From positions 1 to 51,330 of the forward strand of contig CAMCUA010000001.1 of the NCBI GenBank assembly GCA_945878455.1: DNA of 51,330 bases, in the 5' to 3' direction. The position numbers and the translations under genes were made by a program. The notes beneath the pieces were generated by a model. It saw only the letters and a list, made by a program, of their open reading frames with translations, did no database searches and was not told where the DNA came from. This DNA is from Asaia bogorensis. GTDB taxonomy: Bacteria > Pseudomonadota > Alphaproteobacteria > Rhodospirillales > CAMCUA01. Of this stretch, positions 1 through 8,282 are shown one piece after another; positions within the stretch are counted from its first letter, which is position 1, and the number at the start of each line of letters is the position of its first letter.

Positions 1-2
1 CG

Positions 3-491
3 GCGCGCTCGGCCGAAGGCGGTCCCGCCGTGCTGACCATCGTCGGCGCCGTCGCCAAGCCCAACCGGGGCGCCTTCGACGCCTTCCACAACGCCTTTTT
101 CAAGTATCACGATAGGACGTTCGAGAAGGCGTTTGCCTTCGACCGCAACGCCCTAGCCGCCTTACCGCAAGTCGCCATCACGGCACACGCCGAGGAATGG
201 CCGGCGGGCATCAAAGCGGCCGGGCCGCGACTGAAGGACGTGCTGGCCGCCGCCGGCGTGGCCGAGACCGCGACCGTGACTGCCTTCGCACTGGATGGCT
301 ATGGCGTCGAATTCAAGCCGGCCGAACGCGCCGCCCACGAGTGGATTCTCGCCATCGAGGCGAACGGCGAGCCGCTCAGCCTCGGCGGCCGGGGACCGGC
401 GTGGCTGCTTTACGATACGGGCAGCGCCAGGGCCAGCGATGCGGCGGAAGATAGCTGGGTGTGGTCGGTGTTCCTGCTGTCAGCCGAGTAA
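3..491 (+). CDS. C-terminal part of a small molybdopterin-oxidoreductase-like (sulfite-oxidase fold) domain protein; the ORF is open to the window edge
   Basis: Frame 3 has no stop from nt 3 to the TAA at 489-491. The translation 'EWILAIEANGEPLSLGGRGPAWLLYD' resembles the Oxidored_molyb substrate-domain motif. The family call is from memory only. Confidence 0.4.
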   Translation, partial: ARSAEGGPAVLTIVGAVAKPNRGAFDAFHNAFFKYHDRTFEKAFAFDRNALAALPQVAITAHAEEWPAGIKAAGPRLKDVLAAAGVAETATVTAFALDGYGVEFKPAERAAHEWILAIEANGEPLSLGGRGPAWLLYDTGSARASDAAEDSWVWSVFLLSAE

Positions 492-497
492 CCGGCG

Positions 498-1697
498 TCA
501 GGCAAGGTCACGGCGGCGGCGCATCGCCAGCCACAGAGTGCCGCACAGTGCCAAGGCGACCAACGGCACGATACCCGTGTTCACCGCCTGCCATCCGATG
601 GTCTGTTGCAGGAAGCCTGACGACAAACTGGCCAGCGCCACCATGCCGAACACCATGAAGTCGTTGAACGACTGAATCTTCGCCTTTTCTTCTGGCAGGT
701 AAGTATCGGTCAGCAGCGTGGTACCGCCGATGAACATGAAGTTCCAGCCGATCCCAAGCAGCACCAGGGCGGCCCAGAAATTCCACATTTCGATACCGGC
801 CAAATTGAAGGCGACGCAGCCGAGCAGTGCCAGTCCCCCGACAGCAATGACACGCAATGCACCAAAACGGCGGATCAGGTCGCCGGTGAAAAAGCTGGGC
901 ACGAACATGCCGAGTACATGCCACTGGATGACGAAGGCCGCGTCGCCGAACGAATGATCGCAGGCCAACATGGCGAGCGGTGTTGCCGTCATCACCAGGG
1001 TCATCACGCCATAGCCCATCATCGCCGACAGCACGGCGACGATGAAAGCGGGTTGACGGGCGATGACGCTCAAGGGCCGCCCGCCCTTGGCCCGTTCGGC
1101 GGCCGTTGGCATCGGAATACGCAGTGGCGCCAGCACGCCAATGGTCATCAAGGCGATTGCCGCGATGGTTACGTAGATGCCAACGAAGGGCACTGGCCCC
1201 ATCGCATCGACCATGTATTTGGCGAGCTGCGGTCCGATCAGGGCAGCGACGATGCCGCCGCTCATCACCAGCGAAATGGCGCGGGCCTTAAATTCAGGGC
1301 TGGCGGTTTCCGCCGCCGCGAAGCGATAGTACTGCCAGATCGCGTTGTGGACACCAAACAGGCCGCTGGAGATCACGAACAACGGAAACGAACCGATATA
1401 GATCGCATAGGCCGACACCAGCGCCGATGCCGCGCCGGTGACTTGGCCAAGAATAAAGCCGAAACGCCGCCCCAGGCGCTGCATCAGGAAGGACGCCGGC
1501 ACGGTCGCAATCATGGTCAGCACGAATTGCATGGCCACCGGCAGGGTCGATAATCGCTGATCGCTGGCCAGGAACTTGCCGGCCAATGCGGAAGCGGTGA
1601 TCACCATGGTGGTGCCGGTCATCGACATGGCCAAGCCGGCAGCCAGCAACAGTACGTTGCGCCGCGAGGAATCGGCAGCGGATGCGGCAAGCAGCAT
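498..1697 (-). CDS. MFS transporter
   Basis: About 12 hydrophobic segments with a typical MFS layout. The ORF is open up to 1916, but nt 1760-1900 are AT-rich and non-coding-like. The ATG at 1697 has AAGG 5 nt upstream and gives a short N-tail before TM1 ('RRNVLLLAAGLAMSMTG'). Confidence 0.8.
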   Translation of the reverse strand: MLLAASAADSSRRNVLLLAAGLAMSMTGTTMVITASALAGKFLASDQRLSTLPVAMQFVLTMIATVPASFLMQRLGRRFGFILGQVTGAASALVSAYAIYIGSFPLFVISSGLFGVHNAIWQYYRFAAAETASPEFKARAISLVMSGGIVAALIGPQLAKYMVDAMGPVPFVGIYVTIAAIALMTIGVLAPLRIPMPTAAERAKGGRPLSVIARQPAFIVAVLSAMMGYGVMTLVMTATPLAMLACDHSFGDAAFVIQWHVLGMFVPSFFTGDLIRRFGALRVIAVGGLALLGCVAFNLAGIEMWNFWAALVLLGIGWNFMFIGGTTLLTDTYLPEEKAKIQSFNDFMVFGMVALASLSSGFLQQTIGWQAVNTGIVPLVALALCGTLWLAMRRRRDLA

Positions 1698-2041
1698 GAC
1701 AGCCTTGCGGATGAATGAGCGACGGAACGCCAACAGCGCATAGCATGCCCAGCCGGCAGCGCCAATATTCCATAGCAATAATAGTGTGAAATAGCCCTGC
1801 ACCCGATCCAGGCCGGACGCCCAAACCCACCATAAAGGAGGCATATAATACCATTTATAACTGTATATAACTATGAAACTACATATAAGATTGACAAATT
1901 CAGGGAAAACCCCCATGTGTAGGGTCCCGAGAGGTCATTCGAGCGCTGGCATCGCCAAGCGGCGCACGGCAGACTGTTGCCTTCCATGGCATACAACCGG
2001 GAAAGGTAGACAGCCGGGACTGGTTTAGCGGATAGCGCACA

Positions 2042-3460
2042 ATGGAATTTCTGCCGGTCTTCCTTAACCTGAGCGACCGCGACGTCGTTATCGTCGGCGG
2101 CACCGCAGCCGCCGCCGCCAAGGCCCGCCTCGTGCTGGCAGCGGGCGGACGGGCTCGGGTCGTGGCCATGGAATTGGACACCGCCTTCGACGAGATTCGC
2201 GGCCAGGCCGATTTCCTGCATATTCCCCGCCCCTTCCGCACCGACGACACAAAGGGCGCGACCGTATTATTTGCCGCCACGGGAGAGGCCGGTGAGGATC
2301 GAATCGCCATCCAGGCGGCCCGCGCCGCCGGCGTTCCGGCCAACGCCGTCGACCGCCCGGCCATTTCGGACTTCATCATGCCCGCCATCGTCGACCGTGG
2401 TGCGGTGACCGTTGCCATCTCGTCGTCCGGGACAGCCCCGGTGCTGGCGCGGGCCATCCGCCGGCGCATTGAAGCCTTGCTGCCCGCCCGCCTGGACGCC
2501 TTGGCCCGTTTTGCCGCCCGCTTCCGCGGTAATGTCGGACGCGTCGTTGCCGACGGCCCGGCCCGCCGCCGCCTGTGGGAGCGCGTATTCGAAGGTCCGG
2601 TCGGCGAGGCAGTCCTCCGCGGCGACGAGCGCGCCGCCCATGCCGGCATGATCGCCCTGCTCAACGCCCGCCCGGCCAACGATGCCGGCAGCGGCTCCGT
2701 CACCTTGGTCGGCGCCGGTCCGGGCGATCCCGACCTGCTGACGCTCCGGGCCCTGCAACGGCTGGAAGTCGCCGATGTCATCGTTCACGACCGCTTGGTA
2801 ACAGCGGAGATACTCGACCGAGCCCGTCGCGATGCCCGACGCATCGACGTCGGCAAACAGCCTGGCCGCCACGCCATGAGCCAGGCCGCGATCAACGACC
2901 TGCTGGTCGAATTGGCCCAACAGGGCTTGCGCATCGTTCGCCTGAAGGGTGGCGATCCGTTTGTCTTCGGGCGCGGCGGCGAGGAGCTTGAACACTTGCG
3001 CCGGCACGCCATCGCCGTCGAGATCGTCCCCGGCATCACGGCGGCCACCGGCTGCGCCGCCGCCGCCGCCCTACCGCTGACCCATCGTGGCCTGTCGTCG
3101 GCCGTCACCTTCGTCACCGGGCATTCAGCCGAAAGCGATTCCAGCAGCGTCGATTGGCCGGCGCTGGCCCGTAGCGGCGCGACACTGGTCGTCTACATGG
3201 GGCGGGCCAAGGCGAACGCCATCGCGGCGACCTTGATCGGTGCCGGCATGGCCGCATCGACGCCGCTCGCCATCATCGAAAACGGCACACGACCGGATCA
3301 GCGCATAATCATCAGCCAACTCGACGGTTTGGCCGATGCGGCTGCCGGCATCGATCCGGAGAGGCCGGCGCTGATCGTCATCGGCGCTGTCGCCGCCCTG
3401 GCCGAGAGCACCGCCCTGGACGACATCGTCACGGCGGCAAGCCAGCGCGCCGCTGGCTGA
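2042..3460 (+). CDS. cysG: Siroheme synthase (precorrin-2 dehydrogenase / ferrochelatase / uroporphyrinogen-III C-methyltransferase)
   Basis: 472 aa. The N-terminal Rossmann 'VVIVGGTAAAAAKARLVLAAG' is followed by the methyltransferase module 'VTLVGAGPGDPDLLTLRALQ ... VRLKGGDPFVFGRGGEE'. Confidence 0.9.
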   Translation: MEFLPVFLNLSDRDVVIVGGTAAAAAKARLVLAAGGRARVVAMELDTAFDEIRGQADFLHIPRPFRTDDTKGATVLFAATGEAGEDRIAIQAARAAGVPANAVDRPAISDFIMPAIVDRGAVTVAISSSGTAPVLARAIRRRIEALLPARLDALARFAARFRGNVGRVVADGPARRRLWERVFEGPVGEAVLRGDERAAHAGMIALLNARPANDAGSGSVTLVGAGPGDPDLLTLRALQRLEVADVIVHDRLVTAEILDRARRDARRIDVGKQPGRHAMSQAAINDLLVELAQQGLRIVRLKGGDPFVFGRGGEELEHLRRHAIAVEIVPGITAATGCAAAAALPLTHRGLSSAVTFVTGHSAESDSSSVDWPALARSGATLVVYMGRAKANAIAATLIGAGMAASTPLAIIENGTRPDQRIIISQLDGLADAAAGIDPERPALIVIGAVAALAESTALDDIVTAASQRAAG

Positions 3461-3512
3461 CAAACACACGACATACAACCTGCCAAGCGACACGGTTAAA
3501 GAGGAACGGTCC

Positions 3513-3827
3513 ATGACCCAGGAAGTTTTCATTGCCAACCGCCTGAAGGACGGCCTGGTGGTTTTCCTGACCGCCGAGGACACCTGGTCCGAACGGATCG
3601 CGGATGCCGCTATCGTCAGCGATGCCACCGCCAAGGACCGCCTGACCGCCATCGCCGCCACAGCGGTCAACGACTGCCAGGTCATCGACCCACTGCCTAT
3701 CGAGGTGACGCTGAACAATGGCCTCATCGTTCCGGTCCGCCTGCGCGAGCGCATTCGCGCCGAAGGCCCCACCGTCCATACCGACCATGGCAAGCAGGCG
3801 GAGCACCGCTCGGCCCGCGCCGCCTGA
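3513..3827 (+). CDS. DUF2849 domain protein (small protein usually found between cysG and cysI in alphaproteobacteria)
   Basis: 104-aa ORF with an AGAGGAA RBS. The position between cysG and cysI and 'ANRLKDGLVVFL' are typical of DUF2849 (recalled). Confidence 0.7.
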   Translation: MTQEVFIANRLKDGLVVFLTAEDTWSERIADAAIVSDATAKDRLTAIAATAVNDCQVIDPLPIEVTLNNGLIVPVRLRERIRAEGPTVHTDHGKQAEHRSARAA

Positions 3828-3855
3828 CACCCAACCGATTCCGGGAATTCGTTTC

Positions 3856-5511
3856 ATGTATCAGTACGACACCCTCGACCAAGCCATCGTCGACCAGCGG
3901 GTCGCCCAGTTTCGCGACCAGGTGAGCCGCCGGTTGGCGGGCGAACTGACGGAGGCCGAATTCCGGCCGCTGCGGCTGATGAACGGCCTCTATCTGCAAC
4001 TGCATGCCTATATGCTGCGCGTCGCCATTCCCTACGGGGTGCTGTCGTCGCGCCAGATGCGCAAGCTGGCCGACATCGCGACGCGCTACGACAAAGGCTA
4101 TGGCCATTTCACGACGCGCCAGAACATCCAGTACAACTGGCCGAAGCTGGAGGAAGTGCCGGACCTTCTGGCCGAACTGGCCACCGTTCAGATGCACGGC
4201 ATCCAGACCAGCGGCAACTGCATCCGTAACGTCACCGCCGATCAGTTCGGCGGCGTCGCCGCCGACGAAATCGAAGACCCGCGCATCTGGGCCGAGATCG
4301 TCCGCCAGTGGTCGACCTTCCATCCTGAGTTTTCGTTCCTGCCGCGCAAGTTCAAGATTGCCGTGACGGCGGCGCCGCACGATCGGGCCGCGGTGCAGGT
4401 TCACGATATTGGATTGGAGCTGCGCCGCGCCGACGACGGCGCCATCGGTTTTCGCGTGCTGGTCGGCGGCGGACTGGGGCGGACACCGATGATCGGAAAG
4501 TCGATCCGCGACTTCCTGCCCAAGCAGCACCTGCTGTCCTATCTGGAAGCCATCCTGCGCGTCTATAACCGCCTAGGACGACGCGACAATCTGTACAAAG
4601 CGCGGATCAAGATCCTGGTCCACGAGACCGGCATCGATAAGCTGCGTACGTTGGTCGACGCCGAATGGGAGACCATGCGCGATGGCGCGCTTACGCTGCC
4701 GGCCAAGGAAGAAGCCCGCATCCGCGCCGACTTCGCGCCGCCGGCCTATGAGACGCTGGCTGCTGTGGTACCCGACTACGACGCCGCCCGCCTGCGCGAT
4801 TCGGTCTTTGCCGAGTGGACGCACAGCAACGCACTGCCCCATAAGGTGCCGGGCTACGCCATCGTTTCCATCTCGCTGAAACCCGAAGGCGGCATCCCGG
4901 GAGACGCCACCACCGAACAAATGGCGGCGGTTGCCAGCTTGGCCGACCGCTACAGCTTCGGCGAAATCCGCGTCACCCATCACCAGAACCTCGTGCTGCC
5001 CCACGTCAAGCAAGCCGACGTCTATGCACTATGGGGCGAACTCAAGCGCTATGGACTGGCGCCAGGCAACATCGGTCTGATCAGCGACATCATCGCCTGC
5101 CCGGGGCTCGACTATTGCGCCTTGGCCAATGCGCGCTCCATCCCCATCGCTCAGCGCATTTCGGAACGCTTCGCCGATCTCAAGCGCCAGCGCGATGTCG
5201 GGCCGTTGCAGCTCAAGATTTCCGGCTGCATCAATGCCTGCGGCCATCATCACGTCGGCCACATCGGCATTCTCGGCGTCGACCGCCGGGGTGAGGAATA
5301 CTATCAGATCACCTTGGGCGGCAGCCCCGAGGAGGACGCATCCATCGGCGATATCATCGGCCCGGCCTTTTCCAGCGAGGCGGTGGTCGATGCCATCGAG
5401 ACCATCGTCGATACCTATATCGGCAAGCGTGAGGCGGGTGAGCGCTTCCTCGACACCTATCGCCGTATCGGCGCCAAGCCATTCAAGGAGGCTCTCTATG
5501 CCGCTGCTTAA
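3856..5511 (+). CDS. cysI: Sulfite reductase hemoprotein (nitrite/sulfite reductase 4Fe-4S/siroheme family)
   Basis: 'MYQYDTLDQAIVDQRVAQFRDQ...LRLMNGLYLQ' plus the Cys cluster 'CPGLDYCALA ... SGCINACGHH'. The ORF is open from 3718, but the first 46 aa overlap DUF2849 and are R/A/P-rich, so the ATG at 3856 is preferred. Confidence 0.9.
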   Translation: MYQYDTLDQAIVDQRVAQFRDQVSRRLAGELTEAEFRPLRLMNGLYLQLHAYMLRVAIPYGVLSSRQMRKLADIATRYDKGYGHFTTRQNIQYNWPKLEEVPDLLAELATVQMHGIQTSGNCIRNVTADQFGGVAADEIEDPRIWAEIVRQWSTFHPEFSFLPRKFKIAVTAAPHDRAAVQVHDIGLELRRADDGAIGFRVLVGGGLGRTPMIGKSIRDFLPKQHLLSYLEAILRVYNRLGRRDNLYKARIKILVHETGIDKLRTLVDAEWETMRDGALTLPAKEEARIRADFAPPAYETLAAVVPDYDAARLRDSVFAEWTHSNALPHKVPGYAIVSISLKPEGGIPGDATTEQMAAVASLADRYSFGEIRVTHHQNLVLPHVKQADVYALWGELKRYGLAPGNIGLISDIIACPGLDYCALANARSIPIAQRISERFADLKRQRDVGPLQLKISGCINACGHHHVGHIGILGVDRRGEEYYQITLGGSPEEDASIGDIIGPAFSSEAVVDAIETIVDTYIGKREAGERFLDTYRRIGAKPFKEALYAAA

Positions 5512-5995
5512 GGACGGCAAAGCCGTCGACGACAGCTGGATCGCGGTGGCCGACGGCGAAGCAATACCGGCCGACCGGCCGGCCATCCTGCCGCTTGAAC
5601 GTTGGAAGGCCGAGCGCGACGCCTTGCGCGGCCACAACGCCCCGCTCGGCGTGCGCCTGGAAAGCGGCGACAAGGTCGAGGATATCGCCGACGACCTCGG
5701 CCGCCTGGCACTGGTCACCCTCGACTTCCCGAAATTTCAGGACGGTCGGGCCTTTTCCTCGGCGCGCATCCTGCGCGAGCGTCATGGCTTCAAGGGCGAG
5801 CTGCGCGCCGTGGGCAACGTGCTGGCCGATCAGTTCCTGTTCATGCAGCGCTGCGGCTTCGATGCTTTCGATGTTACCGATCCGGCCAAGGCGGCGCTGT
5901 GGGACAAGGTCATGGCCCAGTTCAGCCTGTTCTATCAGCCGACAGGCGATGGGCGGCGGACGGTCATCCAGCAGCGCCAGGGGGGCGCACGCTGA
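5498..5995 (+). CDS. DUF934 protein (sulfite-reduction-associated oxidoreductase-like protein)
   Basis: 'MPLLKDGKAVDDSW...DFPKFQDGRAFSSARILRERHGFKGELRAVGNVL'. The start overlaps the cysI stop by 14 nt. This is the classic position downstream of cysI. Confidence 0.8.
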   Translation: MPLLKDGKAVDDSWIAVADGEAIPADRPAILPLERWKAERDALRGHNAPLGVRLESGDKVEDIADDLGRLALVTLDFPKFQDGRAFSSARILRERHGFKGELRAVGNVLADQFLFMQRCGFDAFDVTDPAKAALWDKVMAQFSLFYQPTGDGRRTVIQQRQGGAR

Positions 5996-6018
5996 GGCAA
6001 GCCGCTGCCACCACGACG

Positions 6019-6153
6019 GCCCCCCTCTCCCTATCCCTCCCCCTCGCGGGGGGAGGGGACGCTGTTTCTGCCGCCCGTCCACACGATAATAGAGTCGCGG
6101 CGTTGCTCCATGGTTCCCTCCCCCCGCGAGGGGGAGGGAACCATGGAGAGGGC
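6019..6153. repeat. About 135-bp nested-palindrome intergenic repeat (REP/MITE-like), copy 1
   Basis: The left arm 'CCCCCCTCTCCCTATCCCTCCCCCTCGCGGGGGGAGGGGAC' and right arm 'GGTTCCCTCCCCCCGCGAGGGGGAGGGAACCATGGAGAGGG' are near reverse complements. Each arm also holds its own CCCTCCCC/GGGGAGGG hairpin. A second copy lies at 7110-7242. Confidence 0.85.
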
Positions 6154-6250
6154 GCAATTGCCGGGGACCCGCTAACCGCTGCCCATGGACAAACCGCCCC
6201 TAAATACCGATGTTAAGCGGGAACCCGTCGCCAATAGGAAAGAAGTAGCC

Positions 6251-7078
6251 ATGTTTATCCAGACCGAAGCCACCGCCAACCCCCAGGTGATGAAGTTCCT
6301 GCCCGGCCGCCCCGTGCTCGACTCCGGCTTCGTCGAATATACCGCCGCCACCGATGCCAAGGCCTCGCCGCTGGCGACCGCGATCTTCGCTGTCACAGGC
6401 ATCACCCGCGTCGGGTTGGATAGCGAGACGATCACCGTCGGCAAGGCTGAAACCACGGAATGGCAGGTGCTGAAGCCGATGGTCCTGGGTGCCATCATGG
6501 AGCATTACTCCTCCGGCCGGCCGGTGATCGATCAGGCGGCCTCGGACGACGCACCGGTGGACGAAGCCTTGGTCGCCAAGATCCGCGAACTGGTCGAGAC
6601 CCGCATCAAGCCGGTCGCCGCGCAAGACGGCGGCAGCGTCGAATTCCACGGTTATCGCAACGGCAATGTCTATCTCAAGCTGGAAGGCTCCGCCTTCGGC
6701 CTGCAATCGGGCATTCAGAATATGCTGCGCCACTATGTGCCCGAGATTAAGGCGGTGCGCGACTATCGCGATGCCCTGCCCAAGCCCGGTTTGCAAACGC
6801 CGCGCGGCGTCGCGCTGCAGCAGCTGTTCGACCAACAGATCAATCCGTCCGTCGCTTCGCACGGCGGCCATATCACCCTGCTCGACATCGAGGACGACAC
6901 GGTCTTCATCCGCATGGAAGGCGGCTGCCAGGGTTGCGGCATGTCGCAGGTGACGTTGAAGCAGGGCGTCGAGACCGAAGTCCGCAAGATCGCCCCGGAA
7001 ATCCGCGCCGTGCTCGATACCACCGAGCATGGCGAGGGCAAGAACCCCTATTACCAGGGCGGCATGCACGCCCATTGA
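6251..7078 (+). CDS. Nfu/NifU-family Fe-S scaffold/carrier with an extra domain (Nfu_N + Cys-less NifU-like domain + NfuA-type CXXC domain)
   Basis: 'MFIQTEATANPQVMKFLPG' is the Nfu_N start. The middle domain 'DGGSVEFHGYRNGNVYLKLEGSAFGLQSGIQNMLRHYVPE' lacks CXXC. The C-terminal domain is 'HGGHITLLDIEDDTVFIRMEGGCQGCGMSQVTLKQGVE...TEHGEGKNPYY'. An RBS (AGGAAAGAAG) lies upstream of the ATG at 6251. Confidence 0.85.
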   Translation: MFIQTEATANPQVMKFLPGRPVLDSGFVEYTAATDAKASPLATAIFAVTGITRVGLDSETITVGKAETTEWQVLKPMVLGAIMEHYSSGRPVIDQAASDDAPVDEALVAKIRELVETRIKPVAAQDGGSVEFHGYRNGNVYLKLEGSAFGLQSGIQNMLRHYVPEIKAVRDYRDALPKPGLQTPRGVALQQLFDQQINPSVASHGGHITLLDIEDDTVFIRMEGGCQGCGMSQVTLKQGVETEVRKIAPEIRAVLDTTEHGEGKNPYYQGGMHAH

Positions 7079-7109
7079 GGCGGCGGGCTGGACTTTTTTT
7101 ACGGAAGCA

Positions 7110-7242
7110 GCCCCCCTCTCCCTGTCGCTCCCCCTCGTGGGGGGAGGGGACGCTGCTGCCGCCTCCTATCTGCATGACAGGGTGCTGCGGTGCTGCCACC
7201 TAGTCCCCTCCCCCCACGAGGGGGAGGGACAGGGAGAGGGGT
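7110..7242. repeat. About 135-bp nested-palindrome intergenic repeat, copy 2
   Basis: The arms are 'CCCCCCTCTCCCTGTCGCTCCCCCTCGTGGGGGGAGGGGACGCTG' and 'AGTCCCCTCCCCCCACGAGGGGGAGGGACAGGGAGAGGGG'. The architecture and orientation match copy 1. Confidence 0.85.
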
Positions 7243-7324
7243 AGCCGGCGCCGAGGGCATTGCCGCTTCGCGGCCGACTGGTTACCTTGCGACCGCAACG
7301 CAACCAACCGGAAAGCCAAAGCCC

Positions 7325-8272
7325 GTGAAGCCAGAACTGCTGATCCTGACACCCGCCTATATTTCCGCAGAGCACATGGCCCAGTTCGAGGCCCTGTTCA
7401 CGGTGATCTATGCCCCGAAGGCAGACGACCAGCAACGGCTGCGGACCGGCGGTGGATTGAAGAACGTGCGCGCCGTGTTCACCTTGGGCTCCAAGGGGAT
7501 CAGCCGGGAGATGATGGACGCCATGCCGCAGCTGGAGATGGTCGCCTGCAAGGGCGCCGGCTACGACGGCTTCGACCTGGCGGAGATGCGCCGCCGGGGC
7601 TATGCGCTAAGCCACGGGCCGGCGCTGAACGCCACCTCGGTCGCCGATCACGCGGTCGCCCTGATGATGGCGACGGCGCGCAACATCCCCATGCTGCACA
7701 ACGGCGTCGTCGACGGAAAGTGGCTGGAGCTGCGCAACCCGATCCGGCTGGTCCGCGAAAAGCGGCTGGGCATCCTCGGCCTGGGTAAGATCGGTCTGGT
7801 CATTGCCGAGATGGTCAGCGGCTTTAAGATGCCGGTTTCCTACCACAACCGGCGCCAGCGCACCGACGTGCCCTATACCTATCGGTCCTCGGCCGTGGAG
7901 CTGGCGGCGAATTGCGACATTCTGATCGCCATCTGTCCACTCGACGACAGCACGCACCACATCGTCAACCGCGACGTGCTCAAGGCGCTGGGACCGCAGG
8001 GCTTTGTCATCAACATGGCGCGCGGCCCCGTCATCGACACGCCGGCGCTGATCGAGGCGCTGCACAACGGCAGCATCGCCGGCGCCGGGCTCGACGTGGT
8101 GGAAGGCGAGCCGGTGCCGCCGCCCGCCCTGCTGAAATGTCCCAACCTGGTGATCACGCCGCACGTCGGCGGCGAATCAGTCGAAGTCGGCGCCGCCGTT
8201 CAGGACCTGTTGATCGGCAATCTGGCCGCCCATTTCGCCGGCAAGCCGCTGTTGACGCCGATTCCGGAGTAA
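7325..8272 (+). CDS. D-isomer-specific 2-hydroxyacid dehydrogenase (glyoxylate/hydroxypyruvate reductase-like), paralogue 1
   Basis: NAD motif 'GILGLGKIG' and catalytic R/E/H contexts 'NMARGPV', 'DVVEGEP', 'TPHVGG'. The GTG at 7325 is chosen by alignment with paralogue N-termini (VKPELLILTP vs MKPELIIVTP). The ORF upstream of it runs through the repeat. Confidence 0.85.
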   Translation: MKPELLILTPAYISAEHMAQFEALFTVIYAPKADDQQRLRTGGGLKNVRAVFTLGSKGISREMMDAMPQLEMVACKGAGYDGFDLAEMRRRGYALSHGPALNATSVADHAVALMMATARNIPMLHNGVVDGKWLELRNPIRLVREKRLGILGLGKIGLVIAEMVSGFKMPVSYHNRRQRTDVPYTYRSSAVELAANCDILIAICPLDDSTHHIVNRDVLKALGPQGFVINMARGPVIDTPALIEALHNGSIAGAGLDVVEGEPVPPPALLKCPNLVITPHVGGESVEVGAAVQDLLIGNLAAHFAGKPLLTPIPE

Positions 8273-8282
8273 CCGGCCGCCG

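Noticed and set aside
1698-1916. N-terminal 73 codons of the tracked MFS ORF
   Set aside because: This stretch runs through an AT-rich, promoter-like island and has no RBS at 1916 or 1844. The internal ATG at 1697 gives a normal MFS N-terminus.
1900-2041. Possible cobalamin or other riboswitch upstream of cysG ('CCGGGAAAGGTAGACAGCCGGGACTGG')
   Set aside because: The resemblance to the 'GGGAA...GGTG' part of cobalamin aptamers is only vague. There is no B12 box (GCCACTG) and no convincing multi-stem structure.
5129-5497. First 123 codons of the tracked ORF 5129-5995
   Set aside because: They overlap cysI in another frame with Ser/Ala/Arg/Pro-rich composition. DUF934 begins at 'MPLLKDG' (5498).
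7190-7324. N-terminal extension of dehydrogenase paralogue 1 ('MLPPSPLPPRGGGTGRG...')
   Set aside because: It is a translation of the palindromic repeat. Paralogue alignment places the start at the GTG at 7325.
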